A stretch of 64,000 nucleotides of DNA from an uncultured Thermoleophilaceae bacterium (lineage in GTDB: Bacteria > Actinomycetota > Thermoleophilia > Solirubrobacterales > Thermoleophilaceae): NCBI GenBank assembly GCA_963769675.1, contig CAVYMS010000009.1, positions 192,008 to 256,007 on the forward strand. The letters run 5' to 3'. The translations under genes and the position numbers were made by a program. Below, piece after piece: positions 33,029 to 45,487 of the stretch. Each line of letters opens with the position of its first letter. Within the stretch, counting starts at the first letter, position 1. A model generated the notes under the pieces. That model did not search any database, was not told where the DNA came from, and worked only from the letters and a program-made list of their open reading frames with translations.

Positions 33029-34137
33029 GCCTCGCTCCAGCGCTCGGCGAACGCCTGATAGCCGTAGCGCTCGACCGCCAGGCTGCGCAGCGCGGCCGCG
33101 TCGAAATGACGATCGAGAGCTCGCCCGATGGCGTCCGCCAGCGCCCGCGGGTCGCGTGCGGGCACCAGCTCACCGGCCGCGGGGACCAGCACCTCCGGCA
33201 CGCCGCCCACGCGCGTGGCCACGGCGGGCAGCCCGCTGGCCATCGCCTCGATCAGCACGCAGCCGAACGTCTCGTGGGTGCTGGGCAGCACGAACAGGTC
33301 GGCCGCGCGCATCAGCGCCGCCACCTCCTGCTTGGGCAGCTCGCCTCGGAAGGTCACCCGCTCGGCCAGGCCCAGGTCTCGCGCCCGCGCCTCCAGCCGC
33401 GCGCGCAGCTCGCCGTCGCCCACCACGTCCAGGCGCTGGCCGTCGCCGAGCAACCCGAGCGCGTCGAGCAGGTAGGCGTGCCCCTTCTTGTCGGTCAGCG
33501 TGCCGACGGTCAGCAGGCGCGCCGGACCGCCCCCCGCGCGCGCTTGGTCCTGCGGCGGCGCGAACACTTCCGTGTCCACGACGTTGGGCAACACGCGCAT
33601 CCGGGCCCGGGGCGCGATCGCGCGCAGGTGGCCCGCCAGCTCCTGGCTGACCGGGGCCACGAGGTCGGCGCCCTCGAACGCGAGCCGCGCCAGCAGCCGC
33701 TCGTAGCCCGTGACCATGCCGCGCTGGAAGCCCGTGAAGTGTTCGGTGATGACCACGGGCGCGCGGCTGACGGCGCCCAGCAGCAGCGCCGGGAGCCCCG
33801 CCGAGTAGACGTGCGCGTGGACGATCCCGGGCCGCCAGCCCTCCAGCCGCAGCCGGCGCAGGGCGGCCAGCATGCCGATCGCCTGGCAGGCCAGCGCCAG
33901 CGGCCGCAGGCGCGGGCGCCGGTAGCGCACGCGCATGGTGCGCAGCCCGTCCTCCTGGCCGTCGGCCAGGTCGAAGATGCGAAACGGGGGCGACGGTGTG
34001 GCCAGCGACGCCAGCACCACCACGTCGTGCCGGAGCGCGAGCGCGCGTGCGTGCTCGCGGCAGAAGATCCCGAACACCGGCCGCTCGGGCCACGGGTACC
34101 ACTTGGGCACCACGAGCACGCGCAGGCGCGGCGTCAT
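32953..34137 (-). CDS. glycosyltransferase family 4 (GT-B)
   Basis: ATG 34137 begins MTPRLRVLVVPKWYPWPERPVFGIFCREHA. The motifs are LLTVGTLTDKKGH and LFVLPSTHETFGCVLIEAMASGLPAVATRVGG. The start overlaps the stop of the upstream gene (ATGA). The 3' tail overlaps the convergent GT gene by 76 nt. Confidence 0.85.
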   Translation of the reverse strand: MTPRLRVLVVPKWYPWPERPVFGIFCREHARALALRHDVVVLASLATPSPPFRIFDLADGQEDGLRTMRVRYRRPRLRPLALACQAIGMLAALRRLRLEGWRPGIVHAHVYSAGLPALLLGAVSRAPVVITEHFTGFQRGMVTGYERLLARLAFEGADLVAPVSQELAGHLRAIAPRARMRVLPNVVDTEVFAPPQDQARAGGGPARLLTVGTLTDKKGHAYLLDALGLLGDGQRLDVVGDGELRARLEARARDLGLAERVTFRGELPKQEVAALMRAADLFVLPSTHETFGCVLIEAMASGLPAVATRVGGVPEVLVPAAGELVPARDPRALADAIGRALDRHFDAAALRSLAVERYGYQAFAERWSEAYDELPPRSRGRTSSAITARTRSSA

Positions 34138-35021
34138 CGTGGCAGCCGCCTGATCCTGCCCAGGGAGCGCTGCGCCTCGTGGGTGGGCACGTATGGGCGC
34201 CTGGCGAGGAAGCTGCGCGCCTCCTCGATCGCCTCCGCGTGGGCGTAGGCGCTGGCGACGCGCCGCTGCTCGTGGCGGACCGCCAATGCGTCGACGATCC
34301 CGAGCCGCCAGGCGCGCTCCCGCGCGAGCGCGCCCCAGTGGTTGTCCAGGCCCCAGCCGAACCGCAGGTCGGGAAACGGCGTCAGCTCCTCGGCAACGGC
34401 ACGGCGAAAGACGGTCAGCGGGCCAATTTCCACGTACTCGGTGCGCCGCGCGAGTGACCAGGGCTGTCGCCGGGTCACTCGCCAGCCCGCGTGACTGCGC
34501 CTGGTCTGCGCGGGCTGCGCCAGGTCCAGCGGCATCCGCTCGCACACGGCCAGCATCCGATCGAGGAAGCGCGCGGGCAGGCCGATGTCGTCATCGGCCA
34601 CCACCAGCCAGTCGAACTCGGCCAGGGGCGGCGCCGCGGCCAGCAGGGCGTTCAGGTTCTGGAACTTCCCGCCGGTCATCCCCCGCGCGAGCGTGTGCGT
34701 GGCCAGGCTCGGTTCCTCGGCGCCGGTGGAGCCCAGCGCGAAGCTCACCTGATGGCGGTCCGAGCGCAGCCGGCCGAGCGCCTCTCCCAGCAGCGAGCCG
34801 GGCCGATAGATGGACAGCACCAGCACCCGCAGCGGCTCCTGCCTGCCGGCCGCGCGGTCCAGGCGCGGCCCCATTAGCGTGAGCGCGCGAGCGGCATCTA
34901 TGCTCGCGTCGGCGAGCCTGGCGGTCACCGCCAGCCGCCTGCCCGCGATCGTGCCGGACTCGCCCGAGAGGAAGGTGTGGGGATCGGGCAGGCCCTCCCC
35001 GGCGCCGCGCGAGCCGCTCAC
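34134..35021 (-). CDS. hypothetical GT-A-like protein (VVADDD motif), family not recognised
   Basis: The ORF frame is open from GTG 35021, which overlaps the stop of the upstream GT2 gene (GTGA). Internal ATG 34874 is an alternative start. The sequence includes LRVLVLSIYRPGS, GGKFQNLNALL, DWLVVADDDIGLPARFLDRML and EIGPLTVFRR. Confidence 0.55.
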   Translation of the reverse strand: MSGSRGAGEGLPDPHTFLSGESGTIAGRRLAVTARLADASIDAARALTLMGPRLDRAAGRQEPLRVLVLSIYRPGSLLGEALGRLRSDRHQVSFALGSTGAEEPSLATHTLARGMTGGKFQNLNALLAAAPPLAEFDWLVVADDDIGLPARFLDRMLAVCERMPLDLAQPAQTRRSHAGWRVTRRQPWSLARRTEYVEIGPLTVFRRAVAEELTPFPDLRFGWGLDNHWGALARERAWRLGIVDALAVRHEQRRVASAYAHAEAIEEARSFLARRPYVPTHEAQRSLGRIRRLPR

Positions 35022-35860
35022 CGGCCCCGCAGCGCCTCGACCAGGCGCCCGGTGGAGTGGGCGCCCATCACGAGCCCCTGCGGGCAGCGCCGCCGGGTGG
35101 CATGCCAGCCCGCTCCGGCCAGGTTGCGCAGCTCTGTGGGCAGGGTTGGCGACGTTCCCTTGCGGCGGTCGCTGCGCCGCGCTGCGCGGCCGCGGCGGTA
35201 CTCCGACCGCGCCAGCGAGCGCAGCCGCGCGTCGTCGCCATGGCGCCGGTGCTCCAGCCCGGCGGCCGCCACGTAGGCCACCCTGCCCCCGGCGGCGTGC
35301 AGGCGCATGAGCCACTCCTCCTCGTCGCCGTAGATGGGCACCGACTCGTCGAAATGGCCGACTCGCTCCAGAGCGCTGCGGCGCACCGCCATGTTCGCGC
35401 TCCAGACGAACCGGGTCTCGCGGTCCTCGGGGCCCAGGTCGAGCGTCGTGATCGGCGGTGCCTCGCGCCCGCACGTGCGTGGAGCCGGCCCTTCCAGGCT
35501 GGCCGTGATCGGGCCGCCCAGGGCCTCCGCCCAGTCGTGGCGGTCCGCGCCGGCCAGGAGCGCCGCCAGCCACCCTCGCGGCGCGCGGACATCGTCGTCA
35601 ACGAGCGCCACCAGCGGCGCTTCGGATGCCGCGATGCCGGTGTTGCGTGCGGCGTTGGGGCCCCGCGGCTCGGCGTGCCGAGCCAGGCGCGCACCCACGC
35701 GTTCCGCCACACCGGGAGTGTCATCCGAGGAACCGTCGTCCACCACGATCACCTCGAACGGGACGTCCACCTGCTGCGTGCTCAGCGACGCGAGAGTCAC
35801 GGCCAGATAGCCCGCCCGATCGCGCGTCGGGACGACCACGGAGACGGCGGGCGCGGACAT
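35018..35860 (-). CDS. glycosyltransferase family 2 (GT-A)
   Basis: Intact 280-aa ORF. The motifs are VSVVVPTRDRAGYLAVTLASL, EVIVVDDGSSDDT, ALVDDDV and YGDEEEW. Confidence 0.85.
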   Translation of the reverse strand: MSAPAVSVVVPTRDRAGYLAVTLASLSTQQVDVPFEVIVVDDGSSDDTPGVAERVGARLARHAEPRGPNAARNTGIAASEAPLVALVDDDVRAPRGWLAALLAGADRHDWAEALGGPITASLEGPAPRTCGREAPPITTLDLGPEDRETRFVWSANMAVRRSALERVGHFDESVPIYGDEEEWLMRLHAAGGRVAYVAAAGLEHRRHGDDARLRSLARSEYRRGRAARRSDRRKGTSPTLPTELRNLAGAGWHATRRRCPQGLVMGAHSTGRLVEALRGR

Positions 35861-35887
35861 CGAGCCGGTAGGTTAGCCACGCCTCCA

Positions 35888-37037
35888 GTGACCGAAGCCG
35901 CGCCTCCCCGCGTCCTGCTGCTGCACAACCGCTACCGCGTCGTGGGGGGCGAGGAACGTTCCGTCGAGCTGCACCAGCGGGCGCTCGAACGCGCCGGGAT
36001 CGACCACGCGCTGCTGGAGCGGCGCTCCGCCGACGCGACGCCCGCGCGCGCCGCGACGGCGCTGCTGCGCGGCGGTTCGGGCGAGGACGAAATCGCGGCG
36101 GCGGTGCGCGCGCTCGGGGCCACCGTGGTGCACGCCCACAACCTGTTGCCGCTGATCGGTCCCCGCGGGCTGGAGGCCGCGCGTGCCAGCGGGAGCCCGC
36201 GTGGTGGCGCACCTCCACAACGTGCGCCTGTTTTGCGCCACAGGCTTCGGCGAGCGTGAGGGGCGGCCGTGCGCGCGCTGCCGCGGTCGCCGCACGCTCC
36301 CGGGCCTGGTGCTGAACTGCCGCGGCTCGCTGCCGGAGGCGGCCGTGTACGCGACGGCGCTGTCGGCCCACCAGCCGGCGATGCTCGCGGCCGTGGACCG
36401 GTTCGTGGCGCCCAGCAGGTTCGCCGCCGACCGCGTCGTGCGGCTCGGCCTGCCGCGCGAGCGCGTGGAGTCGCTGGCGCACTACCTGCCAGAGGAGTCG
36501 TTCGCGGCGGACACCCGCGCGGCCCGCGGCTCCTACGCGCTCGTGGCGTCCCGGCTGTCCCCCGAGAAGGGAATCGACACGGCCATCCGCGCGGCCGCCG
36601 CGGCGGGCATCCCGCTGCGGATCGCCGGCGAGGGGTCGGCGGCAGCGGACCTCCGCGCCCAGGCGGAGCGCAGCGGCGCCGATGTGCGATTCGAGGGCAG
36701 GGCCGGGCGCCGGGAGCTGGCCGCACTGCTGGCGGGGGCCGCCGCCGTCCTGATGCCCTCGCGCTACCACGAGTTCTTCGGCTACTCGGCGCTCGAGGCG
36801 ATGGCGCAGGGCGTGCCCGTGGTGGCCACCGCGATGGGCGGGCTGCCGGAGCTGCTGGGCGCCGGGCGCTGCGTGCCAGGCGGCGACGAGGACGCATTCA
36901 GCGCGCGCCTCGGCGCGCTCTGGGCCGACCCCGAGCTGCGCGAAGCCGACGGCGCGGCGCTGCTCGAGCGCGCGCGGGAGCGACACTCCGAGGACCGCTT
37001 CCTGCGCGATCTCATGGCCCTCTACGCCGGGCTCTGA
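35888..37037 (+). CDS. glycosyltransferase family 4 (GT-B), one frame jump
   Basis: GTG 35888 begins TEAAPPRVLLLHNRYRVVGGEERSV. The C-terminal half is ORF 36183..37037 (YALVASRLSPEKG, LMPSRYHEFFGYSALEAMAQGVPVVATAMGG). The jump is near 36190. Confidence 0.8.
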
Positions 37038-37062
37038 ACGGGCTCGCGGGACCGCCGCGGGA

Positions 37063-38037
37063 TCAGCCCGACCGCGGGCGCAGCTGAGCTCGCCACCACG
37101 CCAGCGTGTCGCGCACGGTGTCGGCCAGCTCGATCTCGGGCTGCCAGCCGACGGCGTCGGTGAGCCGCTGATGGGAGCCGCGCAGGTCGCGCGCGTCGTG
37201 GGCGCGCAGACGGGCGGGGTCGACCTCGTGGCGGATCGGCACCGTGGCCTCGCGCCCAAGGGCGTCGATCAGCTCTGCGACAGAGGCCGAGCGCCCGCTG
37301 CACACGTTGTAGGCATCCGGCTCGGCATCGAGCGCCAGCACGTAGGCCCGCACCACGTCGCGCACATCGGAGAAGTCCCGGGCCGCCGACACGTCGCCGG
37401 TGCGCAGGAGGGCCTCCGGCTCGCCGCCGGCCTCCGCCTGGGCCACCTGCTTCGCCAGGGAGCTCAGCACGTACTCGTCGGACTGGCCGGGTCCCGCGTG
37501 GTTGAAGGGACGCAGGCGCACGACCCGGAGGTCGTGCGTGTCGGCGTACTGACGGCCGAGCATGTCCGTGGCGGCCTTGGACACCGCGTACGGGTTGGCC
37601 GGCGCGAGCGGCGCCGACTCGTCGACCGGCAGCCGAGCCGGCTCGCCGTACACCTGGCCGCTCCCCACCAGCGCCACCGCCGCCTGCGGGGCCTCGTGAC
37701 GCACGGCCTCGAGCAGGTTCAGGGTCATCTGGATGTTGGTGAGCACAGCATCGTCGGGGCGCTCCCAGGACAGCCTCGGGGAGCTGAACGCGGCCAGGTG
37801 GAGCACGGCCGCAGGCTGAAGCTCGGCCACGGACCGGCGCACCGCGGCGGCGTCGCGGAGGTCCAGCTCCGAGCTGGGCGGGGCCTTGGGCGTACGGCCT
37901 TCGGCCTGGAGCAACTCGACCAGGTGGCGCCCGGCGAACCCGGCGCCGCCTGTGACCAGGTGCACGCCCACCTGGGTGGCCGCCGGGGCGGAGCCCTCGT
38001 CGGCCTGGTCGGATCGCGCGGATGCACTGCTCGGCAC
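37063..38037 (-). CDS. rmd: GDP-4-dehydro-6-deoxy-D-mannose reductase-like SDR
   Basis: Intact 324-aa ORF. It has the Rossmann motif VTGGAGFAGRHL, the catalytic YAVSK and RPFNHAGPGQ typical of the GDP-sugar reductase/epimerase clade. gmd lies 4 kb downstream in the same locus. Confidence 0.7.
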   Translation of the reverse strand: MPSSASARSDQADEGSAPAATQVGVHLVTGGAGFAGRHLVELLQAEGRTPKAPPSSELDLRDAAAVRRSVAELQPAAVLHLAAFSSPRLSWERPDDAVLTNIQMTLNLLEAVRHEAPQAAVALVGSGQVYGEPARLPVDESAPLAPANPYAVSKAATDMLGRQYADTHDLRVVRLRPFNHAGPGQSDEYVLSSLAKQVAQAEAGGEPEALLRTGDVSAARDFSDVRDVVRAYVLALDAEPDAYNVCSGRSASVAELIDALGREATVPIRHEVDPARLRAHDARDLRGSHQRLTDAVGWQPEIELADTVRDTLAWWRAQLRPRSG

Positions 38038-38089
38038 GCGGGCAGTCTAAGGGGCCTATCGCCCGGCCCCCGCAGGTCCCCTTACCGGC

Positions 38090-38906
38090 CTACGCGCGGG
38101 ACGCGCGGCGCTCGGCCAGGTACTGACGGGCGAACCCGAGGATGAAGCGGGGGTTGGTCTCCAGGTAGCGGGGGAACAGCCGTCGCGGTTCCTGCGTGAG
38201 CCGGTACACCCACTCGAGCCCGCGTCGCTGCATCCATTCCGGCGCCTGGGACACCCGGCCCGCGTGGAAGTCGAAAGCCGCGCCCACGGCGCACATGACG
38301 GGCGCTTCGATGCGCTCGCGCATGCGCACCATCCACTTCTCCTGCTTGGGGACGCCGATCCCGACCCAGACCACGTCGGGCCGGGCTTGCTCGATGCTGC
38401 GAAGCGACCTGTTCGTCCTCGGCCTCGGTGAGCGGCCGGAACGGGGGCGAATGGGCGCCCACGATCTGGAGGCCCGGGTAGCGGCCGCGAAGGTTCTTCA
38501 CCAGGTCGGCCAGGGCCTGCTCGTCGCGGCCCCCGTAGAGCCACACCCGGTGGCCCTTCTCCGCGGCGCGGGCGCAGTAGCGGCTCATCAGCTCGGGCCC
38601 GTACACGCGGTCGGTCAGGTTCTCGCCCAGCATGTTGGCCGCCCACACGATCGGCATCCCGTCGGGCACCGTCATCACCGACTTCGTGAGCGCCGTGTGC
38701 ATGTCCGGGTCGTCTTGGGCGACGATCAGCGAGTGCACCGACGACGCACATATCCAGCCCCGCTCGCGGTCCTCGATCATCGAGTCCATCACGTCCATGG
38801 CGCCGTCGTAGTCGGTCATGGCCATGGGGATGCCGAGCACACGGCGGCGCCTGACGGTGGCCACCGGGCGCGGAGCGGGGGGCGCGTATGTGGGCGGTGC
38901 CTTCAT
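38090..38906 (-). CDS. WecB/TagA/CpsF family glycosyltransferase (GT26), one frame jump
   Basis: ATG 38906 opens the gene. The sequence is RVLGIPMAMTDYDGAMDVM...VMTVPDGMPIVWAANMLG...VWLYGG, then ORF 38090..38374 (VVWVGIGVPKQEKWM...CAVGAAFDFHAG...PEWMQRRGLEWVYRL). The jump is near 38390. Confidence 0.8.
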
Positions 38907-39132
38907 TTCGATGCTCCTCAGGCATGTGGTCGGCACGCGGCCATCAGGCCATGAGCCGCACCCTCCCCCCGCGCAAGAGCGCGGTCGAGTGTAGAGAACA
39001 GTCCTGACGAGAGATCGGAGCGGTGGCGAACGCGCGCCGCCAAGGCCCGCAACCAGCGCGGGTTTCGCCGCCACCCCGCCTGCGACACTCGCCCGCGATC
39101 ATGGCCGCGCCGCGCCATCGCCGGAGGCTGCC

Positions 39133-40662
39133 TTGACCCAGGGCCGGGCCCGGCTGCTGGCCTCCGGCTCCCTGTTCGCACAGCTCTCCCAGGTGGCCGG
39201 GCTGGTGGCGATCTTCGCGGTGATCACCGTGCTGGCGCGTCGGCTCTCGCTGGCCGAGGTGGGCGTCTACGGCCTGCTCGAGCTCCCTGGCCGGCTATCT
39301 GCTGATCGTCCAGAACGCCGGCGCGGGCGCCGCGGTGCGCGCCATGGCGGTCGCCGACTCGGCCGAGCGCCGGGACGAGGCCTTCTCCACCGCGGTCGTC
39401 CTCTACGCGGTCGCGGGCGTCGCGTGCGGCGCGCTGGTGGCGGCGCTGGGAGTGGCGGCCACGGCGCTGATCGACCTGCCCGGATGGGCTGGCCGACCAG
39501 GCCCGCGACGGGTCGCTGCTGCTCGGGAGCGGTGACCGCGGTCGGCTGGCCGGCCACGGTCTGGCGCGATGCCCTGCGCTCGGTCGAGCGCTACGTGCGC
39601 GTGGCCGTGGCGGAGATGGTCGCGGTGGCGGCCTGGACGGCGCTGGTGATCGGGCTGGCGCTCTCGGACGCGTCGCTGGCCGTGCTGGTGGGCGCCAGCG
39701 GGGCGATCCCGCTGCTGGCGGGGCTGGCGTGCGCGGTGGCCGCCCGTCTGGCCCGGATTCCGCACCGGATCCGCCCCGGGCTGGCCAGCCGCCGCGCCGC
39801 AGGGGACCTGGGCGGCCTGGCCGCCGTGCTGACGCTGGCGGAGGCGGCGATCACCGCCGTCTACGTGGTGGACAGGGCGATCCTGGGCGCGCTGGCCTCG
39901 GCGCCGGCGGTGGGCCTGTTCGAAGGGCCCGTTCGCGCCCACAACCTGCTGCGCTCGCTCAACTCGGCGGTCACGGTCACGGTGCTGCCGGCGTCGTCAC
40001 ATCTCGAGGCTGAGGGCGACCGCCGCCGCCTGGGCGAGCTGCTGGTGCGCGGCTCGCGATACACGCTGGCGCTGATCGCTCCGATCGCGGTGGCGGGCGC
40101 GGTGCTGGCCGCGCCGCTGCTGGAGGCGTGGCTGGGGCCCGCCTACCGGGCCGGCGGGGCTGCCATGGCCATCCTGCTCCTGCACTGGCTGGTCAACGGC
40201 TGCAGCGGGGTGGCCACCGCGATGCTCGTCGGAGTCGGCCGCGCGGGACCGTGGCGCGCTGGGCCGTGGCCGTGGCGGTCGCCAACGTGGCGCTGGCCCT
40301 GGCGCTGGTGCCGTGGCTGGAGGTCGACGGCGCGGCCCTGGCCACCGCGATCCCCTTCGCGGCCGCCTTCCCGTACCTGATGGGCTCCGCGCTGCGAGCC
40401 ACCGCCACGCCCGCCGCGGAGCTGTGGACACGGGCGTTTTTGCCGGCACTGGCGCCTGGCCGCTGCGCTGGGTTTGGCGCTGGGCGCGGTGCGCCTGGCG
40501 GCCGAGCCGGAGGGGGCCGTCGTGTTCGCGCTGGGCGCCGCCGGCGTGGTCGCCTATTGGGGCGCCTACCACCGGCTCGTGCTGGGGCCGGGCGAGCGGG
40601 AGCTGGTTCGCGGCCTGGTGCGGCCGGCTCAGGGCTCGGATGGGCCGGTGGACGCCGGCTGA
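39133..40662 (+). CDS. wzx: polysaccharide flippase, MOP/Wzx-type; many frame jumps
   Basis: TTG 39133 lies 5 nt after GGAGG. The gene begins ARLLASGSLFAQLSQVAGLVAIFAVITVLARRLSLAEVGVYGLL. It has at least 10 hydrophobic segments spread over ORFs 39133..40380, 39335..39535, 40128..40694 and 40474..40662. Confidence 0.65.
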
Positions 40663-40977
40663 GGGGCTTGGACGCGCCCGGTCGTCGGGCTTAGGGCCCG
40701 GCGGGCGTCGGGCGGGGTCGGGTCTTGCGTGGCGGGCGTGGTTCGGGCGGGGCCTACGGCGGGCAGGAGGGTGTGTGTTCTGTTGCGGGCTGTCGCCTGT
40801 GACCGGGCTGTTGTGATCGTTACGTGGCTCGGGTCGCGGAGATGAGGGGTCAACGCGTCTATGCGGGACGTTTCGGACCTTTCATTTCGGGGCGGGCGGG
40901 TCGTTAGCCAAGGCCGCGGTCGACCGTTACCTGGTCGTCACGCTCGCTACACGGCCGTGCGCGTTCGTGCCGGCCGT

Positions 40978-41017
40978 GCCCGAGCCCGAGCACCGAGCGC
41001 CGAGCACCGAGCACCGA
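40978..41017. repeat. short tandem repeat (2 x GCCCGA, then 4 x GCACCGA/GCGCCGA)
   Basis: The units are read directly at 40978-83, 40984-89, 40990-96, 40997-41003, 41004-10 and 41011-17. The repeat lies just downstream of the lhgO-like stop in a 370-bp convergent spacer. Confidence 0.6.
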
Positions 41018-41032
41018 TGGCCGGCGCGCCGC

Positions 41033-42252
41033 CTAAGCGGCCAGCTCGGGCTCGGCGCGGTCGGCGATCAGCCGCGCGATCGCCAGCGAGGACGTGGCGG
41101 CGGGGGAGGGGGCGTTGCGCACGTGGATCGCGCGCCTGGTCTCGTGCACCACGAAGTCGTCCACCAGCGCGCCGTCGCGCGCCAGCGCCTGCGCCCGCAC
41201 GCCGGCGAAGGCGAACTCCACGTCGTCCGGGCGCAGGTCGGGCACGTAGTCGGCGGCCGCGCGCACGAATGCGCGCCGGCTCGACGCATGGCGCAGCTCG
41301 GTGAGCCCGGTGCGCCAGAAGCGCCGGAACATGCGCCAGCTGCCCGGCCAGGCCAGCGTGGCGCCCAGGTCGCGGGGACGCAGCTTGGCGAGCGAGTAGG
41401 CGTCGCGCGCGGGCGAGAGCAGGGCCGTTGGCCCCACCAGCACGTCGCCGCTCGTGTGGCGGGTCAGGTGCACCCCGAGGAACGGCAGGCTCGGGTCGGG
41501 CACCGGGTAGATCAGCGAGCGCACCAGCTCGCGACGCTCGGGGCGCAGCCGCAGGTAGGCGCCGCGAAACGGCACGATCCGCGGCTCGGGCGAGGCACCG
41601 GCCATGACCGCCAGCCGATCCGACCAGCGCGCCGGCGCAGAACACGGCGAACCGCGCCCGCGTCTGGCCGCGCGCGTGGCTCAGCGCCAGCCGGCCGCCG
41701 TTCTCCGACACGCCCGTCCACGCCGGCTCCGGTGGCCACCGTCACGCCGCGCTCCTCGAGCTGGCGCGCCAGCGCCCGCGCCACGCCCGGAAAGTCGGCG
41801 ATGCCCGTGTTGGGAGAGTGCAGCGCCGCCACCCCGCGGCAGTGCGGCTCCACCTCGTGCAGCTCGTCCACGTTGAGCCGCCGCAGCCCCGGCACCCCGT
41901 TCTCGCGCCCGCGGCGCTCGAGCTCGTCCAGGCCCGCGAGCTCGGACTCGTCCCGCGCCACGATCACCTTGCCGCAGCGAGCGTGATCGATCCCGTTCTC
42001 CTCGCAGAACTCGTACATCTCCGCCGCGCCCTCCACGCACAGCTTGGCCTTGAGCGAGCCGGGCGCGTAGTAGATCCCCGCATGGATCACGCCGCTGTTG
42101 TGGCCCGTCTGATGGAACCCCACGTGGGGCTCGCGCTCGAGCACGGTGACCGACAGCTGCGGATGGCGGGTGAGCAGCTCGCGTGCCACCGCCAGCCCGA
42201 TGATCCCGCCGCCGATCACGGCGAGGTCGCACTCGCCCGCGGGGTCCGTCAC
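41033..42252 (-). CDS. lhgO: L-2-hydroxyglutarate oxidase-like FAD-dependent oxidoreductase, frame jumps
   Basis: GTG 42252 opens the gene. The motifs are DLAVIGGGIIGLAVARELL and HQTGHNSGVIHAGIYYAPGSLKAKLCVEG. The C-terminal half is ORF 41033..41605 (IVPFRGAYLRL...YPVPDPSLPFLGVHLT...IHVRNAPSPAATSSLAIA). The jumps lie between about 41600 and 41730. Confidence 0.8.
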
Positions 42253-42261
42253 GCTGCTCGC

Positions 42262-44653
<2,392 letters not shown>

Positions 44654-44657
<4 letters not shown>

Positions 44658-45487
44658 AGGTTCTCCGCGATTCGCGGCGTCTCGCGCTTGAACACCCACA
44701 GCCCCAGCACGAACAGCGCCACCGTGATCCCGACCGGCAGCAGCAGCCTCACGTCGGGGCCGATCGCCTCGGCCGCCGTGGGAGCGCTGGGGTCGATCAC
44801 GGCGTGGCGCGCCTGGGTGAGCACAACCGCGATCGGGTTGGCCAGGAAGGCGCGCTCGTACTCGTCAGGCACCGTGCTCAGCACGTACAGCACGGGCGTG
44901 GCGTAGAAGAGGATCTGCAGCACCACGTCCCAGATCGGGCTGATGTCCCGATAGCGCGGGTAGAGGGCGGCCAGGAGCATCGCCAGCCCCACCGCGAGTA
45001 CCGCCAGGAAGATCACCAGCAGCGGCAGCTGCAGCCAGCTCAGCCGCGGCTCGACGCCCGAGACCATCGCGAAGAAGAAAACCGCGATCAGGTTCAACCC
45101 CAGGTTGAAAAGGGCCGTGAGCGCCACCGACAGCGGGATCACCAGGCGCGGGAACTGCATCTTGCGCAGCAGGTTCTGGTGCTTGATCAACGACGTCACG
45201 CCCCCACCAGTGGTCTCCCCGAAGTAGTTCATGAGCATGATGCTCGTGAGCAGGTAGACCGGGTAATGCTTCACGCCCTCGCCGAACTTGATCACCTGCG
45301 TGAAGACCACGTAGAGCACGCCGAAGAGCATCAGCGGCCGCATTAGGCCCCACAGGTAGCCCAGAAAGGAGCCGAAGAAGTTGAGCTTGAAGTCCGTGAC
45401 CGCCAGGAGGTAGGTCAGGCTCGCGAAGCGCCGGAGATCGGTGCCGAGCGCCGAGGGCGCGCTGAGTACCTGCGCCGCGCCGCTCAT
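44654..45487 (-). CDS. wzm: ABC-2 type polysaccharide export permease
   Basis: ATG 45487 overlaps the wzt stop (ATGA). The ABC2_membrane pattern is FKLNFFGSFLGYLWGLMRPLMLFGVLYVVF, with six hydrophobic segments. The frame is intact. Confidence 0.88.

Noticed and set aside
40978-41017. Tandem hexamer/heptamer units, and the low-complexity DNA at 18800-19440 and 23560-23900, considered as possible CRISPR-like arrays
   Set aside because: The units are 6-9 bp with no spacers of CRISPR size. The two long tracts are coding low-complexity (Pro/Glu/Ala) regions, and no cas genes are present.
40663-41032. Possible tRNA or small RNA gene in the long spacer (GGTTCGGGC resembles a T-loop)
   Set aside because: No complementary acceptor or T stems could be drawn around it, and no other tRNA hallmarks are present.
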